A stretch of DNA of 32,000 bases from Candidatus Saccharimonadota bacterium (GCA_017993025.1 JAGONL010000001.1:12750-44749), one strand, 5' to 3'; positions 16,201 through 24,457 are shown, numbered from the stretch's first letter. Numbers and translations are program-made. The notes: generated by a model from the letters alone, not told the origin.

Positions 16201-16506
16201 TTGATGGTCAAAGCCTGGAAGCACAAAACACAGTTAATCTTCTACGCACTTTTAACTTCGCTTGACCCACGCTACAGTGGATTTAAGTCTACCGAATGCC
16301 AGATGGTCTATGTAGAATGCCCAGAAATCAAAGACCTAATCCGCAGTTATTTTCCATCACCAGATGAAGTAGCCCGCATGGCCACACTCGCCTCAAAAGT
16401 CTACGCTCATATTCAAAACCTAAATTTTCCAGATATATCCGGCTACCCAGAGGGAATAGACGGAATTCTACAGTTCGAACAAGACTTAATCGACGACAAA
16501 ATCTAG
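13291..16506 (+). CDS. UvrD/PcrA-family SF1 helicase fused to a C-terminal RecB-like PD-(D/E)XK nuclease (AddA-like)
   Basis: Helicase motifs AGPGTGKT, LIDEFQDTN, VGDDDQSIY, ENYRS, TVHKAKGLEFD and YVAVTRAK. The C-terminal nuclease signature is GKLDRVD ... VIVDYKTG ... QLIFYAL. GAGGT sits 10 nt before the ATG. Confidence 0.85.
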   Translation: MIGSGVTIKLNPAQQTAVDAIDGPVLVIAGPGTGKTQLLSMRVVKILETTDTSPQNILCLTFTNKAANNMRERLFDLIGPTAYSVAVHTFHSFAADIMNKNPDHFWNGASLSVVPDAVQLEIIQDILGSLPLDNPLARRFAGELTGLKATKEALKLTKEAGLTPEKLRAIIELNLAYIDIAEPILVEHLSAPLSFKKLQTLADSLEADLPEQSIDEHMAPLMSLRTVILKSLDDAINQDEPTGKSTNTGKWKKRFIQTVAGQKLMDDERRRNNWWLALSDVYTKYRDSLHERGYYDYADMLVEVIVQLEKNDELRASVQEQYNYVLIDEFQDTNSAQLRLAHLVADHYSSAGKPNLMVVGDDDQSIYKFNGAELNNMLGFRSFYGVDKPIVLSENYRSSQAILDVAKLVAEQSTDRLVNREKDITKNLVATRDATKGSVIEHIHYPSEQHQFSSIARKIDDTFSPEKTVAVLARNHQSLRNMASRLQALNVPVRYEQQNDVLAHPAVEQVIILAQAMVAIAEGDEPEVNTLLAHTLRHPMWGIDAKILWQLAIDNRYNAHWLDSMLTSDDEKLKSIAGSMIVFAQTAVSEPLPLVLEQLLGLRDHESFHSPLKDYYVQNAQLSQQYLETLSALQLLRSMADEFSRHSTAKLTDFVNFIKVNQGGDSLVSDQTVFLSGQHAVELLTVHKAKGLEFDTVYIIDAVESNWKPSTNGRKPPANLPLQAYGDDQDDYVRLFYVAVTRAKQSLIVSSYATDTSGKDILPAAFVRASLPERIANEEIETLTILEESSTWPQLSNVDEKLLLTPLVEDFRLPVTAMINFLDVDAGGPQYFKERNLLRLPEAKSISQSYGTAIHSALEYAMILTNRGKFDLDDITTKFEDALIKEHVPAHEFERYHTQGQRLLWTLFETNRYELPQGSLSEQSLNYILPGGAQLGGKLDRVDTQDKSNLVIVDYKTGNGLSSFSTQNKNLMVKAWKHKTQLIFYALLTSLDPRYSGFKSTECQMVYVECPEIKDLIRSYFPSPDEVARMATLASKVYAHIQNLNFPDISGYPEGIDGILQFEQDLIDDKI

Positions 16507-16642
16507 AAACTTAGCTCCTTACGCCATGCCCAAATCTTGTACCAAATGATACAACCAATAAATTGTTGTGGATAAATCAATAATTATATTTATGTAAATT
16601 ATGCTTATGCATTATACTTCTAAGCATAAAGAGGGGCGCAAA

Positions 16643-19600
16643 ATGAAAATTAGTAGTATATTGAGGCGTTTTAAGTACGCATTAGTAAGCATAGCCTATG
16701 CAATTTCAATAATGTTAGGGCTATTTAGTCCATCAATAGCTAGTGCCGATGCGCTAATTAGCTATGGTGGTAGTAGTGTAAGTGGGGCAGTTGAATCAAT
16801 AATAGATCTACCAGGTATTACAGTTAGCGGTAGTGATCCAACAATACCAATGACAATTACTATTGATGATGGCTATCTTTATATGGACGACGTAACTGGG
16901 CTAGACTTTACCTCAGATTTAAGGGCCTCTGCATTATCGTTCAGTGGCACAGTTTCCGAAATAAATAACGCCCTTACTACTCTAAAATACCGCTCAATTA
17001 ACGCAGGCGCAAAAACACTTACTGCAACAATTGTCGGCGCCGGGGTTGTTTTCTTCCCTGAAAACGGCCATCTTTATGAAGTTGTAAATAACGGCTCATC
17101 ATTAAGTTGGGACGATTCAGTACCTCTAGCTACCGCCAGAACAATGAATGGCGCAACTGGTTATCTCGCCACCGTGACGACGCAAGCAGAAAATGATTAC
17201 CTAGTTGGACGATTGTCAGGTGATGGTTGGTTTGGCGCTTCTGATTCTGGCATTGAGGGTGACTGGAAGTGGGTTTCAGGACCAGAAACCGGCACATCTT
17301 TCTGGGCAGGCTTAGGTGACGGCGCACCAGTAGACAGTTTATTCTCAAACTGGGCAAGCGGTGAGCCTAACGATTATGATGCCGGCGAAGACTGTGCACA
17401 ATTTTACTCAAGCGGGTCAGGCTGGAACGACCTACCATGTAACGGACCATACCTAGACTACTATATTGTTGAGTACGGTGCTCCTGGTGATTTACCGACA
17501 GCCCCAGACAACGTAACTTTTACTGTTAACGTAACAGCACCAAGCGCTGATGTAGTGCCAATTTCAAGCTGTTTAGACCTTATTGATGTCGAAGACAACC
17601 CAGAAATAGACAATCGCTATGACACACTTCAGCTTACTACTAACGTAGATTGTACGGGTGAGTCACTTCTACCAATGTTCGACGATAGCGACACGGACTT
17701 TGGCAACATCGGATTTCGTGGAGAATTTGACGGCAACGGCTATACTCTAAGTAATATAGATATCAACAGCCCTATGACTGATAGTGTAGGGCTATTTGCA
17801 TCAACAAACGACGCATCTTTCACAGATCTTACAATCAGTGGTGGTGTTGTTGGCAGTTACTGTGTTGGTGGTTTAGTAGGTAGTGCAACAAACACAAGCT
17901 TCACAAATGTCACTTCAACTATTAGCGTAGAAGGTAACTCAGAAATAGGTGGAATAGTAGGTTGTTATACCGCCGAAGATAGCGACGATAATATGTTTAG
18001 TAATGTGTCAGTAACAAACACGCTGACAAACAATGATGACGATGCTATAGGTGGACTTATTGGTGATTTTGAATCTAATGACGATAGTACGACATCATTT
18101 GACGTAATTTCTGCAGATACTACTTTCGTTGCCAGCTATGGTCGTCTTGGTGGATTAATCGGTAAATTCGACTCATACGGTAATAGTTCTGTGGATATCA
18201 GTGGAGTCACAGTAGATACGATAGACGCAGATGTTTCTACTGTCGGCGGTGTCATAGGCGAAGTTGATATGGAGGATGACGCAACCCTTAACATCGAAAA
18301 TATTACCGTAACTGGATATATTTCAGGCGATAGCGAAGTGGGTGGAATCATCGGAGAACTTGACAGCGATGCAAACCAAGAAAATGCAGTTATCAGAGAC
18401 ACGCACATCGAAGCAGATATTGACGGCTACTCCAGCGTTGCCGGTTTAGTCGGAGAAGGCGACACAATGCAAATTAGAAATTCGTCATACCAAGGCACAT
18501 TAACAGCAGAGGATAGTTACGTTGGTGGAATTATCGGACAAGCAGACTATGCTCTAGTTTACAAATCCTGGACGACCGGCACACTAGATAGCCCTTCCGG
18601 CGGTTACGTTGGCGGTATCTTTGGTGAATCGTACTATTCAACCATCGACGAATCCTACAGCACAATGACCTCAGACGCATCAAGTTCAAGCTACGTCGGT
18701 GGTCTTGCTGGTTACTTATCTTATGAGAGTGAAATAAACAACTCCTACGCCAGAGGCAACCAAAGTGCTGGTAGCTACGTTGGTGGTCTTGCTGGTTACT
18801 GTGAAGAAGCGACAATTACAAACTCCTACGCAACAGGCCAAGCAAGTGCAGAAGGAGGCACAGGTGGTCTAGTTGGAGATGATAGTGACTGTACGCTCAC
18901 TAATTCATTCTGGGACACAGAAACTTCAGCCCAGGCAACAACCAACGGCGACGGAACCGGCAAAACAACTTCTGAGATGAAAAACATTGCAACTTTCACA
19001 GATACCGATACAGAGGGCTTAGACGAATCCTGGGACTTCAGCGCAGTATGGGGCATCAACTCATCACTCAACGATGGCTACCCATGTCTACGATGGCAAG
19101 ATGAAGAGTGCACAACACCTGAAATAGACGATGAAGATGGTATTAGCCCAGAAACCGAAAATTCTTCACCGAACAGTGGCGACGCCAACAATGACGGCGC
19201 CCAAGATAGCGAACAAAGCCACGTTAGTAGTTTTCTAAACCCAGTAACTGCAAAGTACTCAGTAATTCAGGTAGACTCAGCATGCACACTTTCACAAGTC
19301 TCATCTCAGCAAGAAGCATCAAATACTACTGCAGATAGTGGCTACAACTACGCAACTGGTTTAGTAAACTTTTCAGCAAACTGTGGCACTCCAGGATATA
19401 CCACCACGGCAAAAGTTATAGTCTTCGGCGTATCAGCTAGCAACTTAGTCTTACGTAAGTACAACCCAAACACCAAAGCCTATTTCACTATTACTACAGC
19501 CACTATCACAGACGTCACAATTGGCGGCCAAGCCGCAGCCTTAGCAACATACCAAATCACTGACGGTGGTTCACTAGATACAGATGGCACGGCTAACGGC

Positions 19601-19669
19601 ACAATTGTTGACCCAGTTGGACTAGCTTCGCTTGCTGTCGGTGTACCTAGCACAGGCTTCCAGCGCTAA
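16643..19669 (+). CDS. Secreted surface protein: signal peptide, C-type lectin domain (EPN/WND intact), GLUG-motif repeat region, C-terminal choice-of-anchor-like domain ending ...VGVPSTGFQR
   Basis: ATG 16643 is preceded by AGAGGGG; the signal peptide is ...LFSPSIASADA. The CTLD at about 17054-17476 has WFGASD, GDWKWVSG, NWASGEPND (EPN at 17363-17371), EDCAQ and WNDLPC. Many GG(L/I/V)(V/I/A)G repeats follow (VGGLVGS, IGGIVGC, VGGIIGE, VGGLAGY). The tail reads ITDGGSLDTDGTANGTIVDPVG. Confidence 0.8.
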   Translation: MKISSILRRFKYALVSIAYAISIMLGLFSPSIASADALISYGGSSVSGAVESIIDLPGITVSGSDPTIPMTITIDDGYLYMDDVTGLDFTSDLRASALSFSGTVSEINNALTTLKYRSINAGAKTLTATIVGAGVVFFPENGHLYEVVNNGSSLSWDDSVPLATARTMNGATGYLATVTTQAENDYLVGRLSGDGWFGASDSGIEGDWKWVSGPETGTSFWAGLGDGAPVDSLFSNWASGEPNDYDAGEDCAQFYSSGSGWNDLPCNGPYLDYYIVEYGAPGDLPTAPDNVTFTVNVTAPSADVVPISSCLDLIDVEDNPEIDNRYDTLQLTTNVDCTGESLLPMFDDSDTDFGNIGFRGEFDGNGYTLSNIDINSPMTDSVGLFASTNDASFTDLTISGGVVGSYCVGGLVGSATNTSFTNVTSTISVEGNSEIGGIVGCYTAEDSDDNMFSNVSVTNTLTNNDDDAIGGLIGDFESNDDSTTSFDVISADTTFVASYGRLGGLIGKFDSYGNSSVDISGVTVDTIDADVSTVGGVIGEVDMEDDATLNIENITVTGYISGDSEVGGIIGELDSDANQENAVIRDTHIEADIDGYSSVAGLVGEGDTMQIRNSSYQGTLTAEDSYVGGIIGQADYALVYKSWTTGTLDSPSGGYVGGIFGESYYSTIDESYSTMTSDASSSSYVGGLAGYLSYESEINNSYARGNQSAGSYVGGLAGYCEEATITNSYATGQASAEGGTGGLVGDDSDCTLTNSFWDTETSAQATTNGDGTGKTTSEMKNIATFTDTDTEGLDESWDFSAVWGINSSLNDGYPCLRWQDEECTTPEIDDEDGISPETENSSPNSGDANNDGAQDSEQSHVSSFLNPVTAKYSVIQVDSACTLSQVSSQQEASNTTADSGYNYATGLVNFSANCGTPGYTTTAKVIVFGVSASNLVLRKYNPNTKAYFTITTATITDVTIGGQAAALATYQITDGGSLDTDGTANGTIVDPVGLASLAVGVPSTGFQR

Positions 19670-19680
19670 ATTACTTGTCC

Positions 19681-20316
19681 ATGAAACAATACTTAGCAAA
19701 ATTAACGCACATTAATCGCCTAATCTTAGTTTTAGCAGTACTGCTTGTCACTATGCTGTTTCTTGAGGTAAAAACTTCAGATTATGTTCCTGCACCAGTC
19801 GTTACCTACAGTACAGAAACGCCAGAAGAAAAACTACCCGTTGACGCAGGCTATTCCTGGAAGGGGCAAAAAAACGATCCAAAACGTATTGTCATATCAA
19901 AAATCGGTGTCGATTCGCTAGTGCAAAATGTCGGCGTAGACCAAAACCAACAAATAGCCGTTCCAAACAATATTCATATTGCAGGTTGGTTTATAGATTC
20001 TGTTCGCCCTGGGGAGAGTGGCCTTAGTATTATTGACGGTCACGTTAATGGCGTATCAAGTGATGAAGGTGTTTTCAAACGCTTAAATGAGCTAGCAGAA
20101 GGGGATACAGTGCAAATAATCATGGGTGACGATTCAGTTGTAGACTTCAAAGTTTACAGCAATCAGGAAATAGCCACCGCAGACAGTGCATCGGTGCTTT
20201 ACTCTCAGGTTCCAGAAATTGAAAACCAGTTAAACCTTATAACATGCACTGGCAATTTTGACCGCACAGTTCGTCAATATGACAAACGCCAAATTACAGT
20301 CCTCGAACGCGTGTAA
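19681..20316 (+). CDS. Sortase-family transpeptidase (class not assigned)
   Basis: N-terminal TM (LILVLAVLLVTMLFL). Catalytic-type motifs are IIDGHVNG (His), LNLITCTG (Cys) and a late Arg. The track start TTG 19675 lies 6 nt upstream of ATG 19681. Confidence 0.8.
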   Translation: MKQYLAKLTHINRLILVLAVLLVTMLFLEVKTSDYVPAPVVTYSTETPEEKLPVDAGYSWKGQKNDPKRIVISKIGVDSLVQNVGVDQNQQIAVPNNIHIAGWFIDSVRPGESGLSIIDGHVNGVSSDEGVFKRLNELAEGDTVQIIMGDDSVVDFKVYSNQEIATADSASVLYSQVPEIENQLNLITCTGNFDRTVRQYDKRQITVLERV

Positions 20317-20356
20317 ATAAACAAGGTCCGTCAAAAACTCCTAAATTATGTAGCTG

Positions 20357-20402
20357 ATACTGCCAGCAATTCTTCGGTTTTATTCTTGATGTTTTGCCTG
20401 TA
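20357..20402 (-). pseudogene. Fragment of an X-family gene 3' end (paralog of 24454-24993)
   Basis: atactgccagcaattcttcggttttattcttgatgttttgcctgt matches 24470-24512 at roughly 88 percent, with a 2-nt indel that shifts the frame. Weaker similarity continues to about 20455. The translated remnant is ..GKTSRIKPK.. versus ..AKTSRIKRR.. Confidence 0.6.
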
Positions 20403-20463
20403 GCCCAACCACACCTTTGCAAACTTAATAGTACTATCAGAGCGATTTCATCGAAAACAAAAT

Positions 20464-21192
20464 CTAAAGATTTAAAAAATACCAAAAATAAACAAAAATC
20501 ACTGCACCAAACATACTACTAAAACGGTCCGAATAACCACCGTGCCCAGGTATTGACTGACCCCAGTCCTTGATTTTTAAACGTCGCTTAACATAACTAT
20601 TTAATAGGTCTCCGTATGCGGTGCCTAACCCCACAATTACTGCCACAAACAAACTAATTTTACTTACTTCAATAAAATACGCATTTACTAATACACCGCC
20701 CATGAATGCGCCAATTATTTGCCCAATAACACCCTCCCAACTTTTACGATTGTTGATAATTTTTGGAAGTTTATGTTTGCCTGCATAGTTACCCAAGAAA
20801 AACGCTGCAACGTCGGAGATGACAGATGCATATACAGTAAACAAAACTAATTCTTGCTGATTATTAGAGGGCAGGGATAAAACAAACAATGCTAGTGCGC
20901 CTACGCTCAGGTGAAAAAGCAAAAATATCCTGTATCTAATAAACCCACTTCGCCCACGAAGTATTTCAAACATACTATATAACAAAATAAACGACAGTAT
21001 TAATGCTCTAACTAGCTCAACAGTATTCATAAATAAGACAAAAGTACCCAAGATAGGCAACCACATGAGTATTTTAATAAATAGCGATGATTTCAGATAC
21101 AGTTTCCAGCTCTTATAGAACGGTCGGCAAGCAATCAAACCAAGAAGCACGATATTGAGGGAAACTAAAAATATTTGTTCATAATTTATCAT
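20464..21192 (-). CDS. cdsA: Phosphatidate cytidylyltransferase (CDP-diglyceride synthase)
   Basis: Polytopic membrane protein with the C-terminal signature SYVKRRLKIKDWGQSIPGHGGYSDRF. It overlaps plsY by 4 nt (ATGA). Confidence 0.85.
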   Translation of the reverse strand: MINYEQIFLVSLNIVLLGLIACRPFYKSWKLYLKSSLFIKILMWLPILGTFVLFMNTVELVRALILSFILLYSMFEILRGRSGFIRYRIFLLFHLSVGALALFVLSLPSNNQQELVLFTVYASVISDVAAFFLGNYAGKHKLPKIINNRKSWEGVIGQIIGAFMGGVLVNAYFIEVSKISLFVAVIVGLGTAYGDLLNSYVKRRLKIKDWGQSIPGHGGYSDRFSSMFGAVIFVYFWYFLNL

Positions 21193-21755
21193 ACGTGCTT
21201 TTCTCTTTTAGCGTGAATTTCCCGCAAATTATTTCTATGTGTCCATATTACAAACAATAGGTTCACAACTAAAAACCACTTAAACGGCGACGAAATTATA
21301 AATCCAATTAATACCAAACAGCCGATAGTTCCTAGCGACCTTAGCGCCGCATCTTTCAATAATTTCCGTAAGATTAAATATGCAACAAGCGCAACTCCGC
21401 CAAAAAGTATATTTAATCCAGTAGCAACACCTATAGAAGTAGCTATCGCTTTTCCACCTTTAAAACCTAACCATACAGGGAACACATGTCCAATTATTGC
21501 TGCCGCACCTACCAAACTTAGCGTTGTGCTATTAAGGTCATTCGACCGCGCTAAAACGACCGGCAACAAACCCTTCGCAATATCGCCCACCAGCACAGGC
21601 AACGCGTACTTTAGCCCCATAACTCGCTCTACATTAGCAAAACCTATATTACCGCTACCGACCTTCTGAATATCAACACCCCGCATCCCAGCAATAATCT
21701 TGGCAAACGGAATTGACCCTGAAATGTACGCAATTACTACAAAAATATACTCCAT
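21189..21755 (-). CDS. plsY: Glycerol-3-phosphate acyltransferase PlsY
   Basis: YISGSIPFA, VGSGNIGFANV and FKGGKAIATS motifs; five or six hydrophobic helices. Confidence 0.85.
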   Translation of the reverse strand: MEYIFVVIAYISGSIPFAKIIAGMRGVDIQKVGSGNIGFANVERVMGLKYALPVLVGDIAKGLLPVVLARSNDLNSTTLSLVGAAAIIGHVFPVWLGFKGGKAIATSIGVATGLNILFGGVALVAYLILRKLLKDAALRSLGTIGCLVLIGFIISSPFKWFLVVNLLFVIWTHRNNLREIHAKREKHV

Positions 21756-21795
21756 GCTATAATCCTACTAAAACTTAAGCTAAAAGGAAATTTAT

Positions 21796-22455
21796 ATGCT
21801 GGGGTCAATCGCTTTTTCTATAACCGGAATCATTGTTTTGCTTTTTGCAAGCACTATTAAAAGATTACTCACTAAAAAAAGATCTACGTTTATTGTAATG
21901 GCCTACACACTCCTAGCCTTAGTATTTATATCATATGGAATAGGTGCCGGATACAACGACGGCTCAAATCTAGCATTCTATACACTGATCGGAAATCTAC
22001 TTCTAGCTTCCGCTACAGTACTAATGGTTACCTACAAAACCAAGCTAAGTCTATTAGTCAGCATGACAGCTGGTTTATTTATTGGGCTATTTGCACTGCT
22101 AATACGTCGCACATACTTCTATCCAGAACCAACAATTACTGGAGACGGGGTGGTCATATTTAATACCCAGTTAACTGTTGCTGTTTTTATTGCTGCATTA
22201 TTCCTTCTTTTTTGGCTACCCATGAATCTAGCAATAGCTAAAGAAATTTCGGAAAAAATAAAAATGTCCGAAGCAAAACTAATCTACAGTGGACTGTTTA
22301 CTATGATGGTGTGTTCGGCAATCCTTTTTATGTCTGCTAAAACTTCTACAGGTGTAATTCTGACTTTCACGATAATTGCAGCATCTTTTCTAACAGTTAG
22401 TGCTCTAAACGTTGTCGCATACGGAATTTACAAAAGGAGCAGTCATGGAAAATAA
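21796..22455 (+). CDS. Polytopic membrane protein, unknown function (219 aa)
   Basis: Six or more hydrophobic segments; no motif recognised. Confidence 0.6.
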   Translation: MLGSIAFSITGIIVLLFASTIKRLLTKKRSTFIVMAYTLLALVFISYGIGAGYNDGSNLAFYTLIGNLLLASATVLMVTYKTKLSLLVSMTAGLFIGLFALLIRRTYFYPEPTITGDGVVIFNTQLTVAVFIAALFLLFWLPMNLAIAKEISEKIKMSEAKLIYSGLFTMMVCSAILFMSAKTSTGVILTFTIIAASFLTVSALNVVAYGIYKRSSHGK

Positions 22456-22849
22456 CAATCAGCCTCAGGATAAAATAGTAGTAGGCGGGGTAGAATACGT
22501 CAAAACAGATACATTATCACCACCGAACGCATCATACACCGAGCCTCTAGACTTCAAAGAAAAAACCAATGCTAAAGACAAAATGTGGCTAACTTTAGTT
22601 TTATTAGTCGTATTATCATTTGTAATTCCCGGTTTAGGCATTATATCCATACCCGCTATCGCTTACTTTGCATCACATGGATCCAAAAAGATGGAAAAAA
22701 ACGACATTGAAATCTACGGTAAACGTACGGCCAGTTCGAAATTATTCAAATTAATTGGCTGGATAGCAATGTCGATTATTATGGGGGTTGTTGGTATTAT
22801 TATTCTAATAATCATATTGTTTTCTTCTAGTGACTTCAAAATAGGCTAG
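22445..22849 (+). CDS. Small membrane protein (134 aa from ATG 22445)
   Basis: AAGGAG (22434-22439) sits 5 nt before ATG 22445. Two hydrophobic helices. The track start 22412 is less likely. Confidence 0.6.
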   Translation: MENNNQPQDKIVVGGVEYVKTDTLSPPNASYTEPLDFKEKTNAKDKMWLTLVLLVVLSFVIPGLGIISIPAIAYFASHGSKKMEKNDIEIYGKRTASSKLFKLIGWIAMSIIMGVVGIIILIIILFSSSDFKIG

Positions 22850-22854
22850 CAACC

Positions 22855-23565
22855 ATGCTCCCAAACGTCTTTGTCTATTTACTCAACACTCTTATTATTC
22901 AGCTCAGCATTATTGCTTTCTGTCTACCGTTTTTTGTTATTTATATGCGCTCTTCAAAGCACGCTACGGGACATAATATAAGCTGGCATATTCAAAATTT
23001 CTTTTCAAGCAAACAGGCCAACGCACTAATTTTCTGCTGGGCACTTGCAGAAGCCTTTATCTGGTTTGTTATACCAGAATTTTTACTGCTACTTATGGTT
23101 TTTATGCGGGTACGCCGCAAACGCCAGCTATTAACTTATGACATCCTCGGCACAGTCGCTGGTACAATATTGGCACTTAATCTTAATCTTTCAGATTCCG
23201 CCATTGAATCTCTTCCATACGTACAACAAAACATGATTACCCAGGCACATGTGTGGTTCACAAATATAGATGTTTGGGCATTACTGCACCAACCATTTTC
23301 TGGTGTGCCGTTTAAAGTTTTCAACCATGTCGCTCTTGATCATGACGTAAACATTTTCTTATACATCCTTCTTGCTGTTGTAGTTAGGGTAAGCCGTTAT
23401 GCACTATTTTACTTCTTATTAAAAGGTATCTATAGACATATACATAAATTTGTCTATAAAAACTATACGGCATTATTCATCATAGCTACAGCCATATTCG
23501 CAGTACTTCTATACGATGTATACCAAAGTTTCGGACCTGACTACGTTATAAGAACCGGCCTCTGA
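22855..23565 (+). CDS. Membrane protein, possibly DedA/YqaA (VTT-domain) like
   Basis: ALAEAFIWFVIPEFLLLL resembles the A.AE....P.P.E.LL box of YqaA/DedA proteins (recall only). Confidence 0.5.
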   Translation: MLPNVFVYLLNTLIIQLSIIAFCLPFFVIYMRSSKHATGHNISWHIQNFFSSKQANALIFCWALAEAFIWFVIPEFLLLLMVFMRVRRKRQLLTYDILGTVAGTILALNLNLSDSAIESLPYVQQNMITQAHVWFTNIDVWALLHQPFSGVPFKVFNHVALDHDVNIFLYILLAVVVRVSRYALFYFLLKGIYRHIHKFVYKNYTALFIIATAIFAVLLYDVYQSFGPDYVIRTGL

Positions 23566-23575
23566 AATACTGATT
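23563..23575 (+). repeat. Partial copy of the IR core (tgaaatactgatt)
   Basis: A 13-nt exact match to 24978-24990 inside IR-L, in the same orientation. It overlaps the stop codon of 22855-23565, at the left edge of the accessory block. Confidence 0.5.
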
Positions 23576-23588
23576 AGTTCTGTTCAAA

Positions 23589-23616
23589 TATCAATTATCA
23601 GATATCAAGTATCAAT
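23589..23616. repeat. Four tandem heptamers tatcaat-tatcaga-tatcaag-tatcaat
   Basis: Exact 7-bp periodicity with starts at 23589, 23596, 23603 and 23610, about 55 bp upstream of the kinase -10 element. Confidence 0.7.
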
Positions 23617-23668
23617 TCCTACTTATAAAACCGAACGTCGGTCATAAAAACAAAGCACGAAATACAGG

Positions 23669-23677
23669 TGTTATACT
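23669..23677 (+). promoter_or_regulatory. Extended -10 (TGtTATACT), leaderless layout
   Basis: TATACT at 23672-23677 is preceded by TGt, then 6 nt to ATG 23684. Confidence 0.5.
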
Positions 23678-23683
23678 TTTTAT

Positions 23684-24307
23684 ATGATTATAGAAATTGA
23701 CGCATTCAAAAAACAGTTAGCTGGCTACGACCCCAAACATAGCGAAAAATTTCATGAAGAAAGTGCTAAACTCGCAGATAAAGTTTTTCATACAGAGCTT
23801 AAGTCCGGCAAATACACAGAAGTTGTCTTTCTAGCCGGTGGTGCTGCGAGTGGAAAAACCGAATTTGCGTCAATATTTCTGCAACAAGAAAAAATACTAG
23901 TTTACGACGGCACTATGCAGAATGTAGCTGGCTTTGAGATTAAACTTAAGAAAATTATTAAACACATTCCAATATCTAAAGTTAGGGTTATATTAATTAT
24001 CCCTGAAGATATGCGCGTAGCTTATAAGGTATTTCTAGGGCGTGAGCGTAAAATGAGCGATGATACTTTTGTTCGGACACAGGTTAAATCAAAATTAAGC
24101 GTTCTTAATATACTAAAAAATCACCCTGAAGTTGATGTACAAATATTTATGAACTTCATTAATGAATCATCTCAAGCTTCAAGTATTTTCAAAAAAGTAG
24201 ATTCTAAGTATATTGTGCCATTCCTGAATAAGACTTTAGAAGACTTAGAGAAGACCTTACCCAATATTATAAAAAATGTTATTATAGATAATAAGGAAAA
24301 TATATAA
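23684..24307 (+). CDS. P-loop NTPase/kinase, zeta-toxin/AAA_33-like (207 aa)
   Basis: Walker A GGAASGKTEF at residues 52-61 follows an N-terminal helical segment. The size and layout resemble zeta-toxin-type kinases (recall only). Confidence 0.55.
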   Translation: MIIEIDAFKKQLAGYDPKHSEKFHEESAKLADKVFHTELKSGKYTEVVFLAGGAASGKTEFASIFLQQEKILVYDGTMQNVAGFEIKLKKIIKHIPISKVRVILIIPEDMRVAYKVFLGRERKMSDDTFVRTQVKSKLSVLNILKNHPEVDVQIFMNFINESSQASSIFKKVDSKYIVPFLNKTLEDLEKTLPNIIKNVIIDNKENI

Positions 24308-24457
24308 ATGAGCACATCAGAAATATTGAAATCAGTTGGCGGAACCCTAAAGCCCATGCCTAATGCCAAGATAACCAAAGAGGTTAGGGAATACCGGGCT
24401 GCATTTAAGCGTGGTGAAAAAATCCTAGCAGACCGCCAAAAGAAACAATCGCTTTAA
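24308..24457 (+). CDS. Small basic protein (49 aa), translationally coupled to the kinase
   Basis: ATG 24308 directly abuts the kinase stop (TAAATG). Translation: MSTSEILKSVGGTLKPMPNAKITKEVREYRAAFKRGEKILADRQKKQSL. It is absent from the ORF track because it is under 60 aa. Its stop overlaps the stop of the convergent gene. Confidence 0.45.
   Translation: MSTSEILKSVGGTLKPMPNAKITKEVREYRAAFKRGEKILADRQKKQSL

Noticed and set aside
19667-19683. Stop-codon read-through or a frameshift joining the surface protein to the hydrophobic N-terminus of the sortase ORF, which would create a canonical sorting signal.
   Set aside because: Reading through TAA gives ITCP followed by a second stop (TGA). The hydrophobic segment is in a different frame and is the normal sortase membrane anchor.
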